Origin: a virus
Virus record (IMG/VR): IMGVR_UViG_3300010158_000060
Span: 8,334 to 72,333 of that record
Length of the DNA: 64,000 nt
Reading direction: 5' to 3' (one strand)
Shown here: positions 19,701-30,100 of the stretch, one piece after another
How positions within the stretch are numbered: the stretch's first letter is position 1
Layout: each line of letters begins with the position of its first letter
Translations under genes and position numbers: made by a program
The notes under the pieces: generated by a model
Database searches by the model: none
The model's input: only the letters and a program-made list of their open reading frames with translations
Told to the model about the DNA's origin: nothing

Positions 19701-21139
19701 AAAAGGTAAATTCTGAAAGACAAAGAATGCAAGCTGCTAAGACAGAGATTGAAAGTCTTAATGATGAAATTGCAAATTTGGAAAAACAAAAAAGAAATGA
19801 TGGTTCTGACTTTGTTGGAATAAGTAATAAAATTAAAAAACTTAAACAAACAATCAATACACTTTCTCAAGCATCATTTATTAGAAGAATAGGTAAAGCT
19901 CAAGCTAGAATAAAAGAACTACAGGAAGAAAGAAATAAATTATCTACTGATGATAAAGTATTTGTATTAGGTGGTAACAGCAATGATGTAATATTTGCAT
20001 TAAACAGATTACCTAACCAGTTCCAAAAAAACAGAGCAAGTAAAACCGCAGCTGATACACAAAAAGAATTAAAGCAAATAGCTTCTTTCTCCGAGGCTTC
20101 TCCTAAAGTAGAAAAAGAACTAGATACTATCTTAGAGAAAAACTTCCCTGAAGAGTTAAATGTATTGTTTGCAAAAGGTATATCAGAATTTAAAGGAAAG
20201 GGTAAAGAGCTTGCTAAAATTAAAAATTGGATTGATGAAACAATAGTGAACCTGTTAGCATATCAAAATATGTTAATGGTGGAAAATGATGCTTTAGGAT
20301 TTGATGCTGTTGACAGACAAATTAATGCATTAAATGAATTAACCAATCAATTAAATTTAATTAACTTAACTGCTAAAAACAGAATTGCTAAAGAACAACC
20401 ATATGAACAAGAACTCAATGAAATCTTCGGACCAGAGTCAGAAGTACAATCCGGGACTAGTGTACCTGAGATTCAAAGCCCTACCAGAGGACAAACAAAG
20501 ACTGTTTCTGGAGAAACAAGCGGAGGACAAGAGAAAGAAATTTCAATCTCTGAACTCAAAAAAATAGTCAATTCTTCCTCAGAAGAACTTGATAATTTAT
20601 TACCAGAAGAATCCGGTATTAATGTAGCAACTGAAGCTTTTGCTGATATTACTGACTTAGAAGCATTACATCTTAAAAAGATAGAGTTAATTAAAAATAG
20701 AAAAAATAATAAATTAACTCTTGATAAAATTGAGATTGCTTTTGAAAACAGATCTCTTGAATTAAAAGAAAAAGTGAACATTGCTTCATTGAAAAAGGGT
20801 GATATATTACAAGATATTGGTAACTTTACAAATCAAGATTCTCCTGTACAAATAGTAAAAGTTAACAAAAATTCTGTTATATTAAAGTACGGAGATGTTA
20901 CTCAAGAAGTAACTGAAGATGAGCTTGAAAATAATTTTGTTAAACCTACTAATGAAACTGTAATGCCCGAAACTGTAAAACCTTCTCAAGAAACTGTTGA
21001 TGCCTCAGAACAAACTAAAACTGATGCTTCTGAAAATCTTACTAATAAAGATTTTTTAGAGAGAAATGAAAAAGAAGCAGATGATTCATCCAAAGATGAC
21101 TTATTCAAAAACTTAGAAGATAATTCAAAAACTTGTTAA
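13790..21139 (+). CDS. Giant virion ejection-type protein (2449 aa) with Gly/Ala-rich hydrophobic segment and an internal PD-(D/E)xK nuclease domain
   Basis: GAAVGAVGGGGAGAGPGALIGG segment; GETDLVLIN..IVDFKT..YRAQLSIY at ~18695-18833; first of three giant genes flanking the vRNAP. Confidence 0.6.
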   Translation: MANTKVVPSMADLDINNLSNTSKIIDTRQAMSGVTPNTPAKNTSSSRDRMKAISNSITASDAAFQDKNEYGNVYAYDNSPSGPSFKARYKAYGQETYNKIGFDPNIDNEAVYNQQTNTFDDMKRWAVNAALPMVGLGFMSPLNSYASGFGGDLDASRQEAKDYEYYNAIGYSSKGGVGGFTTNLLNSVSYSAGILLEGAAEGMMIGAAVGAVGGGGAGAGPGALIGGAIKGLEAFAKIPSALFQSVKNIGKISTAVNELKNINAAKNFFTSAVKGTAKFLNPLENTYDAYKSLKGVDDITRLAKVSKTAGAFWHDIMGVNLALSEGRLEGGFAQKSVYDKLYNDHYAKFGQAPSSEQQVEMMKQAKKAGFKNTIWNTGLVFNSNKIAFPSITRASFLKGVPRFNFGKVVGEVGKEFQLVFNPADDIAKSYYSKEAISLKNSLKALKDPKKLGAGALNYFKKNLVEGAQEIGQEVLASATEKQFVDGYYSKASSGYMYSIGALLDGLGKQMNEQGAETFASGFLMGSLLEGPSKLFKFGTKNFSRLYTDKALYEKNLKERGAQADNIVNALNNMHKNAKYFFDPRMSNYSTQMLVAKAVDNPDNVTKKDAKDLEFQAFQSSVLTALRTGTFDMFVKNLGDYKTLSPEELEEAWSLEQGQGEKALQNIDKAINSAKVTEARFNYARDKFKDFVDLNNYKEGSPEHQVAQIYNQAYLESINSFVFLQNSFDDGLKRLEKLYGSANKIKSLSSSAFSNFSILSDANKLSAQINYLMEEIDSAASTNDPRLSEEINRKRTLLNALNTFHTTQENITGANLMEVLNNIKENGDVSDSRVTDYLDSFQDVLEAIAINNKEDGSFDDVDQVKAKLRAELDNNGGIDDLFGSLFDIHLLRHENTAMAKYVNMLADPQGFYDHLNKNFTWMKDLYNNRKEYYKEIVNKEISDVEKNEVLNTLASKGIFVDLDEFAEWCNNPNYLPSYFIDTTKEMIINQDSVLYEEYAYLFQIAAQLSEQRAAGDPATLQQKYEDRLSELRQQKTTELNKANEDFEQAFKDETGVELQDAYAQNQEAYDKNKQLEEDQKLASEKINKLQTLLDVIGNDPVDSNKITELADELLSAEELQLIEEETDSTLINAIASRQFKRPKAGSDPDIIDRTIDIIYALTEKSPTLLAQKIEEQNNILKQNPLEIISVSDTKSFKVNEERIGAINTRYDKFEADLETEFKEKGIDRVTQEDFTAQMGYDAYPQDLQNEVNEKFDAYLESIDIDPASLQDTDVIKYSNLRQNWLESSDGASLLNEYNKKVREEGEARAKALKEPPVLTSRIAKNLKIEATIPISNLNAIIDKLENAVKTKIYTTYKNGQVDREIKLTDQDLKEIGEDIDKLKTFLQYRQGSLQPVSLAEKVLESFKKGVAARQDELVDVFDEDGNKIGRKFADDPDNKLTTRVTTISDNMASKVPGTKKPGYDDEYVNEIVKAFFSEYNLAVKKGDVDAFDKAWKLFTELARTNYKQFNNEQKKARIRAALEKDTTEENFKKLIEKESFSNNAQAGTNLDAATKMFFTIDAATGTWASFKYSDSVEIDGKETKISDIMSESAFNQMFGERGIVTRFRADLDTKGYLPLTNNVKLFDKSLLENGVSGETDLVLINTKGEIMIVDFKTSVSWNSFNNPTSWKNVAYRAQLSIYRNLYHNMTGVTPKIALFPMRIRLDKNASSYVTEVTVGGEKYKDKPLEPLVPNTAKLFNTLELEYLPDVEAEGITLSTPAIAAEIETSGEEGVKVEPSLQINASDTSKVLLKDNVGKQVIYNGKIGTLILQDDGTYGVEVDLGFEQSMSEALIGNEETGLKADLALAEGEFGDPKLAAEIKKKIEDLQKTQKGKEIYPLLSKNKNITDGSVELINAGLALITPIENIGQISIIKGTVIDAKFENSNENIAIVNGVRYTVGRNALGEITQLVYFKNDAKRDELDQSISALTKKVNSERQRMQAAKTEIESLNDEIANLEKQKRNDGSDFVGISNKIKKLKQTINTLSQASFIRRIGKAQARIKELQEERNKLSTDDKVFVLGGNSNDVIFALNRLPNQFQKNRASKTAADTQKELKQIASFSEASPKVEKELDTILEKNFPEELNVLFAKGISEFKGKGKELAKIKNWIDETIVNLLAYQNMLMVENDALGFDAVDRQINALNELTNQLNLINLTAKNRIAKEQPYEQELNEIFGPESEVQSGTSVPEIQSPTRGQTKTVSGETSGGQEKEISISELKKIVNSSSEELDNLLPEESGINVATEAFADITDLEALHLKKIELIKNRKNNKLTLDKIEIAFENRSLELKEKVNIASLKKGDILQDIGNFTNQDSPVQIVKVNKNSVILKYGDVTQEVTEDELENNFVKPTNETVMPETVKPSQETVDASEQTKTDASENLTNKDFLERNEKEADDSSKDDLFKNLEDNSKTC

Positions 21140-21140
21140 T

Positions 21141-24100
21141 ATGATTTGTTCACTTAATGAAACTCAGATTTCAGACTTATATAAAATAACTTACAAAACA
21201 CTTTCTGATCTTAAACCATCAGAAAGTTTTGATTTTGAGGCATTTACAAAAGATATTTACACTAGGATTGAAAAAGCTGCTGGTGAAGAAAAGGCTTTAC
21301 AGTATGCACAAATCATACCTTATGTGATCAATGTTTGTCAAAGTAATAGATCAGATATAAGCAATAAGCTATTAGATTCAGATTTTGATTTTAACAAGTT
21401 AATCAAGATAAAAAAAAGTTTTGAGAATTTAGAAAATGTAAAAAAGCTTGTTACAAAATCTGTAAGAAGAAAATCTAAGAAAGAAGTAAAAGATGAATTA
21501 GAACATCAAAACTTTCAATTAGATAACTTAGAAATTACTGATCCTGAGAATTCAGAATTAGAAAAAGCAAGAGACAAAGCAAAAATTGAGTTTCCTAATG
21601 TCACAACATTTCAGTTTGCTGACCAAAAAGATCCTTCTAAAAAAGAAACACAGGAAGAAGAGGATGTAACATCAGAAGACAAAAAAGTTTTTGAAACAGT
21701 AATTAAAAAAATTGTAAAGAGTGTCAAAGAAAAACCTGCTGAGCAAGACAATCCAATGATTGATGATACAGAAGTGTTTTTAAAAATGATGCCTTCAGAA
21801 AGTCTTGAGGATAAATATAAACTATCTAAAGATAAATCTGAAACTGCAAAATCATATAGAGGAGTTCTTGCAGTTATTACTGATGCTGATGGTAATTATA
21901 TATATTTTGATAAGAATGGTAACATAACTGATGAAGAAAATGGTATTGTTGTTTATCAGTTTATAAGAAAACCTTATTTGTTAGAAGATACATTTAACAA
22001 AAATAAACCTGCTTTCTACACAATTTATCATAAAGCTGGTAAGATGTATAAGAACACCTTAGTTGCTGCTAGTAAGATTGCTGAAAGATTAGGTTTAGCA
22101 TCTGGTACCGTTCTTAAAGAACAAACAAAAGCAATGAATGGTGTATATAACATGCGTAAGGATGTTATAGATAACAATGCTTCATATATTACTCAAATCA
22201 CTGGTGGTAGTTTTGGTATAGTTAGTAAAGCAAAAGCTGATCAAATCAATGCAGAGTTAAATAAAACAATTAAACTTACTAAAGAAGATATTAAAGAAGT
22301 TAAACTTGTATCTACTAAAGGTAGAGATAGAAATAAAGGATTTTATCAATTTTATATCAAGAAGAATACAGAAGCTCTTGGTGAAATTGAAATGCCAGTG
22401 AATGTTCAAAGAGGTAACTTTAATCAAGCACTTGCTGATAAAGTGGCTGATGTTATTACAAGTAAAGCTACTAATAAAGGACTTCCTCTTTCAGATGATA
22501 AAAGAATTGAATACTTTAAAGTATTTTTAAATAATCAAAGAGTAAGTGCAAAGGGGGTTAAAAATGAAAATAACATTTTTTTAGAAAAAGCTACTCGTGG
22601 ACCTCTTACTTTAACTATCAATAATGAGAAGTTTGAAGGAGATGAAATTTTTACTACTGCTGTAAGAGATAAAATTGCTCAACACTTACCTCAAGCAATT
22701 AAGTTTGGTGATAAAGGTTTCATTGGAGCAAATGTAAATCTTACTGCTAAATACATGGGTGTTGATAAGACTTATACTGATTATGAAATATCAGGTAATA
22801 AGATTACACCGGTTGAAAAAAACTATATTGAAACTGTAGTTTTACCATTTGCATACTTGCAATATGAAGCTGAGTCTGCAAAGAGTGTTGCAGGATTCAA
22901 TCCTTATTTAGCATATGCTGTTCCTGATGAATTTACAGAAGATGATTCTGCATTCTTTCCAGTTGCAGTAGATACACAAACTCAGCGTCCAGTTAAGAAA
23001 ACAACTCAAGTTCAAAAAAATACTACTGCTGAAACTGTAGTTAAAGAAAAAGCTAAAGTTGTTCAAAAGAAAAGAGCTACTAAAAAAGTTGAGACCATAG
23101 AAGAAATTGAAGAGATAATTGATCCGGATCTTATTAGTCTTAATGTAGCAAGTAACCCTAGTGTAAATATTACACCAGATGAGCTTACTGGTTTTAATAG
23201 AAGCAAAGATTTAGATATTTTAGATCAAGTATTTACTACTGAAGCTGACAAAGCAGAAGCAGAAGATTGGTGGGCTAACAACCCTTTGAGTAAATATATA
23301 AGTCTTGAAAGAATTACTAAAGTTGTTAACTCAAATGCATTTGCAACATTTACAGGAACAGGTATTACACTTTATGAAGGTGATGGTGGTACTGCTGTGG
23401 ATTTATACCATGAAGCATGGCACGGATTCTCTCAATTATTCTTAACAAAAGCTGAAAAGATTAGATTATATGAAGAATTAAAGGGCCAACCAAAATGGGC
23501 CAATAAATCTTACTTTGAAATAGAAGAAGATATTGCTGAGGATTTTAGAGATTATGCTAGAAGCAAAGGTAAAAAAGAAGCTCCTAAAGGATTTTTGGAA
23601 ACAGTATTCAGAAGAATGTACCAGTTCCTACAGAACCTCTTTGGTAAAGTAAGTAACCAAGAATTAGCTACAAGACCAAGAGATATTGCATCTGTAAAAG
23701 AATTGTTTGATAAGTTATATTATGCATCTGAAAGACCGGAGTTATTGCAAAACATGCAACCTTCTACAGATAACATGATGTTTACTCAATTAAACAGAGC
23801 TAAAGCTATTACTTCAGTAAAAGATGTAGCTACTAAATATGAACCTTTTGATTCTGCTGAATCACTAAAAATTGTAAACTATTTAGATAGCATGATCCCA
23901 CAAGTTTTTGATGCTTACAATAAAAAGTTTGGTGTAACATCAGGACCAGTGAAAGTTTTACAAACTAATACCAATAGAGAATTCCTTTATCAGTTATTAG
24001 AAAAGAAACTATCTGAAAAGTTAGATGCTGTAAGAGCAAATCTTGCAACTAGGGCTGCTGAAGGTGAGGATATTGAACCTGAAGACTTAGCACAATTGCC

Positions 24101-27100
24101 ATTCTTAGCTAAACTACTAGATAATTTTGGAGATATTAAGCAAACTATTGACAGTAAAGACCAAAAAGGTGTTGTAGCTTTCCATTTACAAAATTCTAAA
24201 TTTAAAATATTAGCAAATAAATTTATTGAGTTAGAAGAAGATCCAACTGATATTGATAACTCTAGAATTGTTAGGCTTGATGGTGGTAATATTTTCTCTT
24301 CAAGAGAAGCTGCCAGTCAAGAAACTAAAACTATTCTATCTAGTATATACAAAATAGATAGAAATAAATTTACTATTACCACCAATGATGATGGTACAAA
24401 AAAATTAAATGTTGAGTATGAAATAGATCCTCAAACAGGTCTTCCTGTGTTATTAGATGAGAGAGAAATGTGGAGCAAGGTTGCAAAAGTTACAGCTGGT
24501 TCTTTTGATAAGGAGGAAATGTATAAAAGACTTGCAGATGGTGTAATTGATAACCCTGAATTTTTACAGTTGTTATCTTACTTACCAGACAGAAGTAAGA
24601 ATGCTGATGGAACAGAAAAAGATTATGCTGACAAAAGTGAATTTACTATTGAAACTAAATTCTGGCAGGATCTTAAAAAACCAAGATTGTCATATGTACA
24701 GTTAAACTTAAATATCCAAAAAGGTCAAAAAGAAACTCTTGCAGAAGCAAGGCTTCAAAGAACAGACTTTGATAGAAGCAAAGTTTTAAGAGACTGGCAG
24801 ATCAATTTTAAGACTATATCTAAATCTAAATACATTTCAGAAAATAAAGTACTTGACTTAAATGGATTAGTTAAAGATTTCAAGAATAACTTGAATCCTA
24901 AAAATGTTGTGTCATTCTTAAATGCTTTAGGGCTCATAATGGATACTAGTAATCCAACAATTGCTAGTGTGTTAGCGGACCCAAATTTCATTAATAAGTT
25001 TGGAATCAAGCATATTTATGACACTCTTGAGCATATTAATAATGTAAATGATCCTGAGAAAGCTAAATTTCTTAAAGATCCAATTGAGTATTTAAAATCT
25101 TCATTACCTAGTTCATTAGATAAAGGTAAAGCTTTTGACTCTTCTTCAAGAATCAAGGAGCTTGCTAATATCCAAGTAAGATTTTCTGATAAGTATTCTA
25201 ACTTTAGTGCAATTAGTCCTGAAGGAAATAGAGTATGGGAGCATTTCTTGGATAATACTTTTACAAGAATAATGACTTCTTTAAACCATGCTGACTCATG
25301 GCAACAATTAACAAATCCTGAAGCAGATCCAAATGGTTTGTTCAGACATATGAGATACTTAGCATATGACAACAATACTTACACTGAACATTCAGTACTT
25401 TTAAAATCATTGTTTAACAGTCTATCTGATGTAACTAATCCAGGTGGTAAAAAAGATAACAAACTTGTTATTCAAAATGTAGCTGGAACACAATTGATTG
25501 ATAAAAATACTGATAAATCAACAGGTATCTCTACAGCATCAATGGATGCTACAAGTAAGTATTTACAAGAGATACATACTATGTTGATGAATGGTGTAGA
25601 AGAGTTCATGAGACATGCTTCTAAACAAATGTCACAAGGCATTGTAATGAAAAATGGTATCAATACTTATGGTAATAAAGCTGCTAAGAATTTATATGTT
25701 GACATAGAGAAGTTTTTACCTACAACTAATTCTGGTGAAGATTATTCATTTGATATTTTATCTGGATACTTAGCTGGTGAAGTAAATAGAATTTTTAGAT
25801 TTGGTTCTGATGTAGATAAATATTCTGAATTTACAGGTTATACAAGACCCGTAAAAAGAAAAACAGGTGAGATTGTTATGTCCGGTCAAGCACTTGCAGC
25901 ATTTGAAGATGTATTATCAAAAGATACTCAGAAAAAAATCTATGCTATAGTAGATAAAGCAATTGCAACTAAAAATACTGACTTTGATTTTTCAGATATT
26001 TATGAAGAAGACACTACTCTTGCATTAGAAATTAGAAAAGATGTAGCTAAGTATTTTAATGAATTAACAAAAGACTTAACAGATAGACTTAATAAAACTA
26101 AGTTTATTGACCCAACATTAAGATCCCGTATAGAAAATAAAGGTGTTGAACTTACTGTAGATGAGTCTGACACAACATTAATGAAAGCATATGCTTATAA
26201 TTCATGGATACATAAATTTGAGACAAGTATTCTTGGTTATGGAGATTTAGCATTATACAATCATGCTAAAGAAGAATTCCATAAGCGTAATGCTGGTTTT
26301 GGTGGAGGTGGTTTAGGGTTTGCTTCTGATTTAAAATCAAGAAGTTTTATTAATCAAATGACTAAGTTATTTGAGCCTAATAAAAAACCATTTGACGGTA
26401 CTCTAACTACAGGTATCATTAGAGAAAGAGTTATAGACAAATCTGTTTACTATGATGAATACTATGATGCTCTTGTAAAAGAATACACAAAAAGATTTGG
26501 TTATAAAGCTAAGGCAGAAGACTTAGCAAAAACAGCTTTAAAAGAATATACAAAAATGAAGATTGGTGATGGTCAAGGACACATCAGTTTTGAAACATAT
26601 AGAATTTTAAAAGAACTTGAAGGTAACTGGTTACCAGAACAAGAAGAGTTATATAAAAAACTAGCTAAAGGAGAAGAAGTATCAGTAGAAGATATAATTC
26701 ATTACTTCCCACCTTATAAGTTACAATATTGTGGTGCTATAGAAACAACAGGTTTACCACTTGTATCTTTCCATAAATTCTCTCTTGCTCCAATTATACC
26801 AGGTGTTGCTAAAAAAGGTACACCTCTTTATGATTTGAATGAGAAAATGATAGCTGAAAACATGGACTATGTGCTTTTTGAATCAGGTTCAAAAGTTGGT
26901 CACCTTGGTAATGGAGATGATATAATTGCTAAAGATGGTAGTATTATTAAAGATGTCCCATTTACTAAAAATGTAATTTTCACAGAGTTCCTAAAGAACC
27001 AAACAGAAGTTAACTCTGAGTTTAAAGGTAAATCTATATTCTCTACTCAGATGAGAAAGTTAATTTTAGATAACTTATATGAAAATGGTGCGATCAATTC

Positions 27101-30100
27101 TCCAAATGAAGAAGATGTGGTATCACCATTAGTAAAAAGATATCTTGACAATGTAGCTGATTATACTAAGTTAGTTAAATTAGAGTTATTAGAAGAAATT
27201 GGTTTTGATGAAACACCTGACGGTGGTTATAAACCAAGAGACAAAGAAAGCATTGGTAAATTATTATCTCTTGTTAGAAATAACTTAGAGAATGAGGAGT
27301 CTTATAGTGATGAGATGATCAACTTTATTGATGCATTAGATAGTGGTGAGTTATTACATGACTTGTCATTACACCCAGAAGCATTAAAAATTGAGAAACT
27401 TTTACTATCTCTGATCAATAAAAGAGTTATCAAACAAAAAGTAAAAGGTGAACCGCTTGTACAAGTGTCTTCTGCTTTTTATGAGAATAACCTTACAGAG
27501 TCTCCTAACTTTAGAAATGCTACTGATGCAGATAAGAAAAAATGGATAGGTAGTAACTTACTTCCTACTTATCACAAGATGGCGGATGGTAAAACCGCAG
27601 CAATGAAGGTTATGATTGCATTACAGGGGGACTATGCTAACTTGTTGAATCTTGAGTATAATGGAGAAACCATTGGTACTATAGAAAGATTAAACCAAGC
27701 TATTAAAGATGATGTATGGTTAGATGCAAATAATGGTGCTAACAGAAAAGCAATAACTCTTGTAGGGGTTAGGATTCCGGTTCAGGGTCTAAACTCTATG
27801 GAGTTCATGGAAGTATATGAATTCTTACCTCCACAAGCAGGTAATATTATTATTCCTCCAGCTGAGATAGTTGCTAAGTCCGGGGGTGACTTTGATATTG
27901 ATAAACTTACAATCTTCATGACTAACATAGACACGGATGGTAAGCTTAAAGAAAGAACCTATAAAAACACAGAGGAGTTGAAAGCTTCTCTACAGAACAT
28001 CAAAGAGAACAAAGAAGAATCAATAACAAAAGTTTTTAAACAACAAAAAGCTGGTGTTGAAAATGATTTGATGAATGACATCAAAGAAATACTTGAGCTT
28101 CCGCAAAACTTTGTATCACTTATTACACCAAATGGTACTTTCTTATTAAAAGATATAGCTGAAGACTTAGCTAGAGATGTAATGGAATATGATCCATTCA
28201 AAAATTACATGACTGATACAACAACAGAACCTGAAGAAGGTAAGAAAATTATCAGTGCAACAAGAGTATTAGAGCCTCTTTATAACTTATATAAACATGG
28301 ATCTAATATTGTTAGTAAGAAAACATTAGGATTAGGTGCTGTAGAGAATACAATGAATGTATTATTAAACTCTATTGGGGCCTTAATGCCGGAGACATAT
28401 ACTAATTACAAAGGTGAATCAAGAAGTACTAATATTGGTTTAAGACATAATGTAAGAATAGTTAATGGTAAAGAAAGAATTTCTTTGTCTAACTTATATG
28501 ATGTAGATAACACAAATAAAATAGCAGATATATTCTCCCAAGCAATGAATGGCTGGGTGGATGTTGAAAAAGATGCATGGATTTTCTTTATCCAGGGTAA
28601 CTATGAAGTTGCTCCTATATTGTTATATTTAGTAAAAGCTGGCGTACCAGTAAAAGAAGCTATTTATTTTGTGTCTCAACCTTTAGTAAGAGAATATGTA
28701 GATGAGCAACGTCTTGCTAAATCTACTTTTGCTGAAGTATTAGGTAAAGCTCCTGAGCAAAAGTCATTTGTTAAATATCAAGCCGCTACAAATATTGTAG
28801 ATAAATATTTCAATCCTAAAGTTTTACCAGCTAAAGGTAAATCTATTACTAGATTTGAAGTAGGACGTGAGATGTTTAATAACTATATGAAAGACAGAAA
28901 AAGCAAAAACTTTACTGAAAAAGAAATGTTAGGTTTGATTAGAGAATCTAAAAATACACTCAGTGCTAAATCTTCTGACTTATCTTTAACTATGTTCTTA
29001 CATTACTTAGATATTGAAGACCAGATTAAAGGTATCACACAGATTAAAATGAATGCTAATCCAGATACAAACACTAAGTCTGTATTATCTGACATTGAAA
29101 CATCTGAAGGAAGATTAGAGAACTTAGAAGGTAATGCTGAGTTACAACCAATTATTTCTGCTTTAATGGGAGATTCTATTATTAGTTCTTTCTTTAATAA
29201 CAAACTAGCATTGTCATTAGCTGCTCCATTATTTAAGTTAAGATACAACCCAGCAATCCGTACTTTTATAAAAAGTAAAGATGATTCTAATGAGTTAATG
29301 GAAAACATTAAAACAACATTTGGAGAAGATGGTAGAGATAATTATCTAAACACTTTTAGAAATGATCTAGTTACATATATTTTCCAAAATGCTATAGTTA
29401 AAACAGATCTTAAAAAAGGTTACATGTCTTATGAGGCAAGAGAAATTCCTGTTAAAGAAATGCTTTCTGATAACTTTGGAGCTTTTGTAAAAACAAATAA
29501 AGATGGTACTAAAACTTTATTCTACAATCTTAAAAATTTACAAGAAGAATACAACTCTAAAGAATGGAGTAATAAAACAGAAGAACCAAACTATTATTCA
29601 CAGTTAGGTTTCCATCCGCTTCCTGCAAATACATTTACAATTGCAAAAGGTAATGACGCAAAAGCTTATGCAAGATTTGTAATGGAAAGAGAGTATTTAA
29701 GATCTGTATATCCAATTGCTGAAACAGAAATGGAAAAAACAGAGTATGAAGAGTTTTTAGCAAACAGAGCACTTGATAATACTTTCAATGTAAATCATAT
29801 GTTCAGGGATCCTAAAAATGCTTTTGCTATAAGAGTGTATGATGTTATCACATCCAATCCAAAACTTGCTAATAGATTTGATATACTATCTAAATTACAA
29901 CTTAACAATAACACAAGTGACACTATGTTTAATCTTGAGTTAATTGACAGAGATATTGATAATATCAAAGCTAACATCTATACTAAAAACTTAACTGATT
30001 TAGCTGACCCAGTTGTATTAAAAACATTAGCAAAAGATTTAAGTTTAAGTGATCAAGAGATTACATACATATCAGATTTATTCTCTAGGTTACCTTTGTT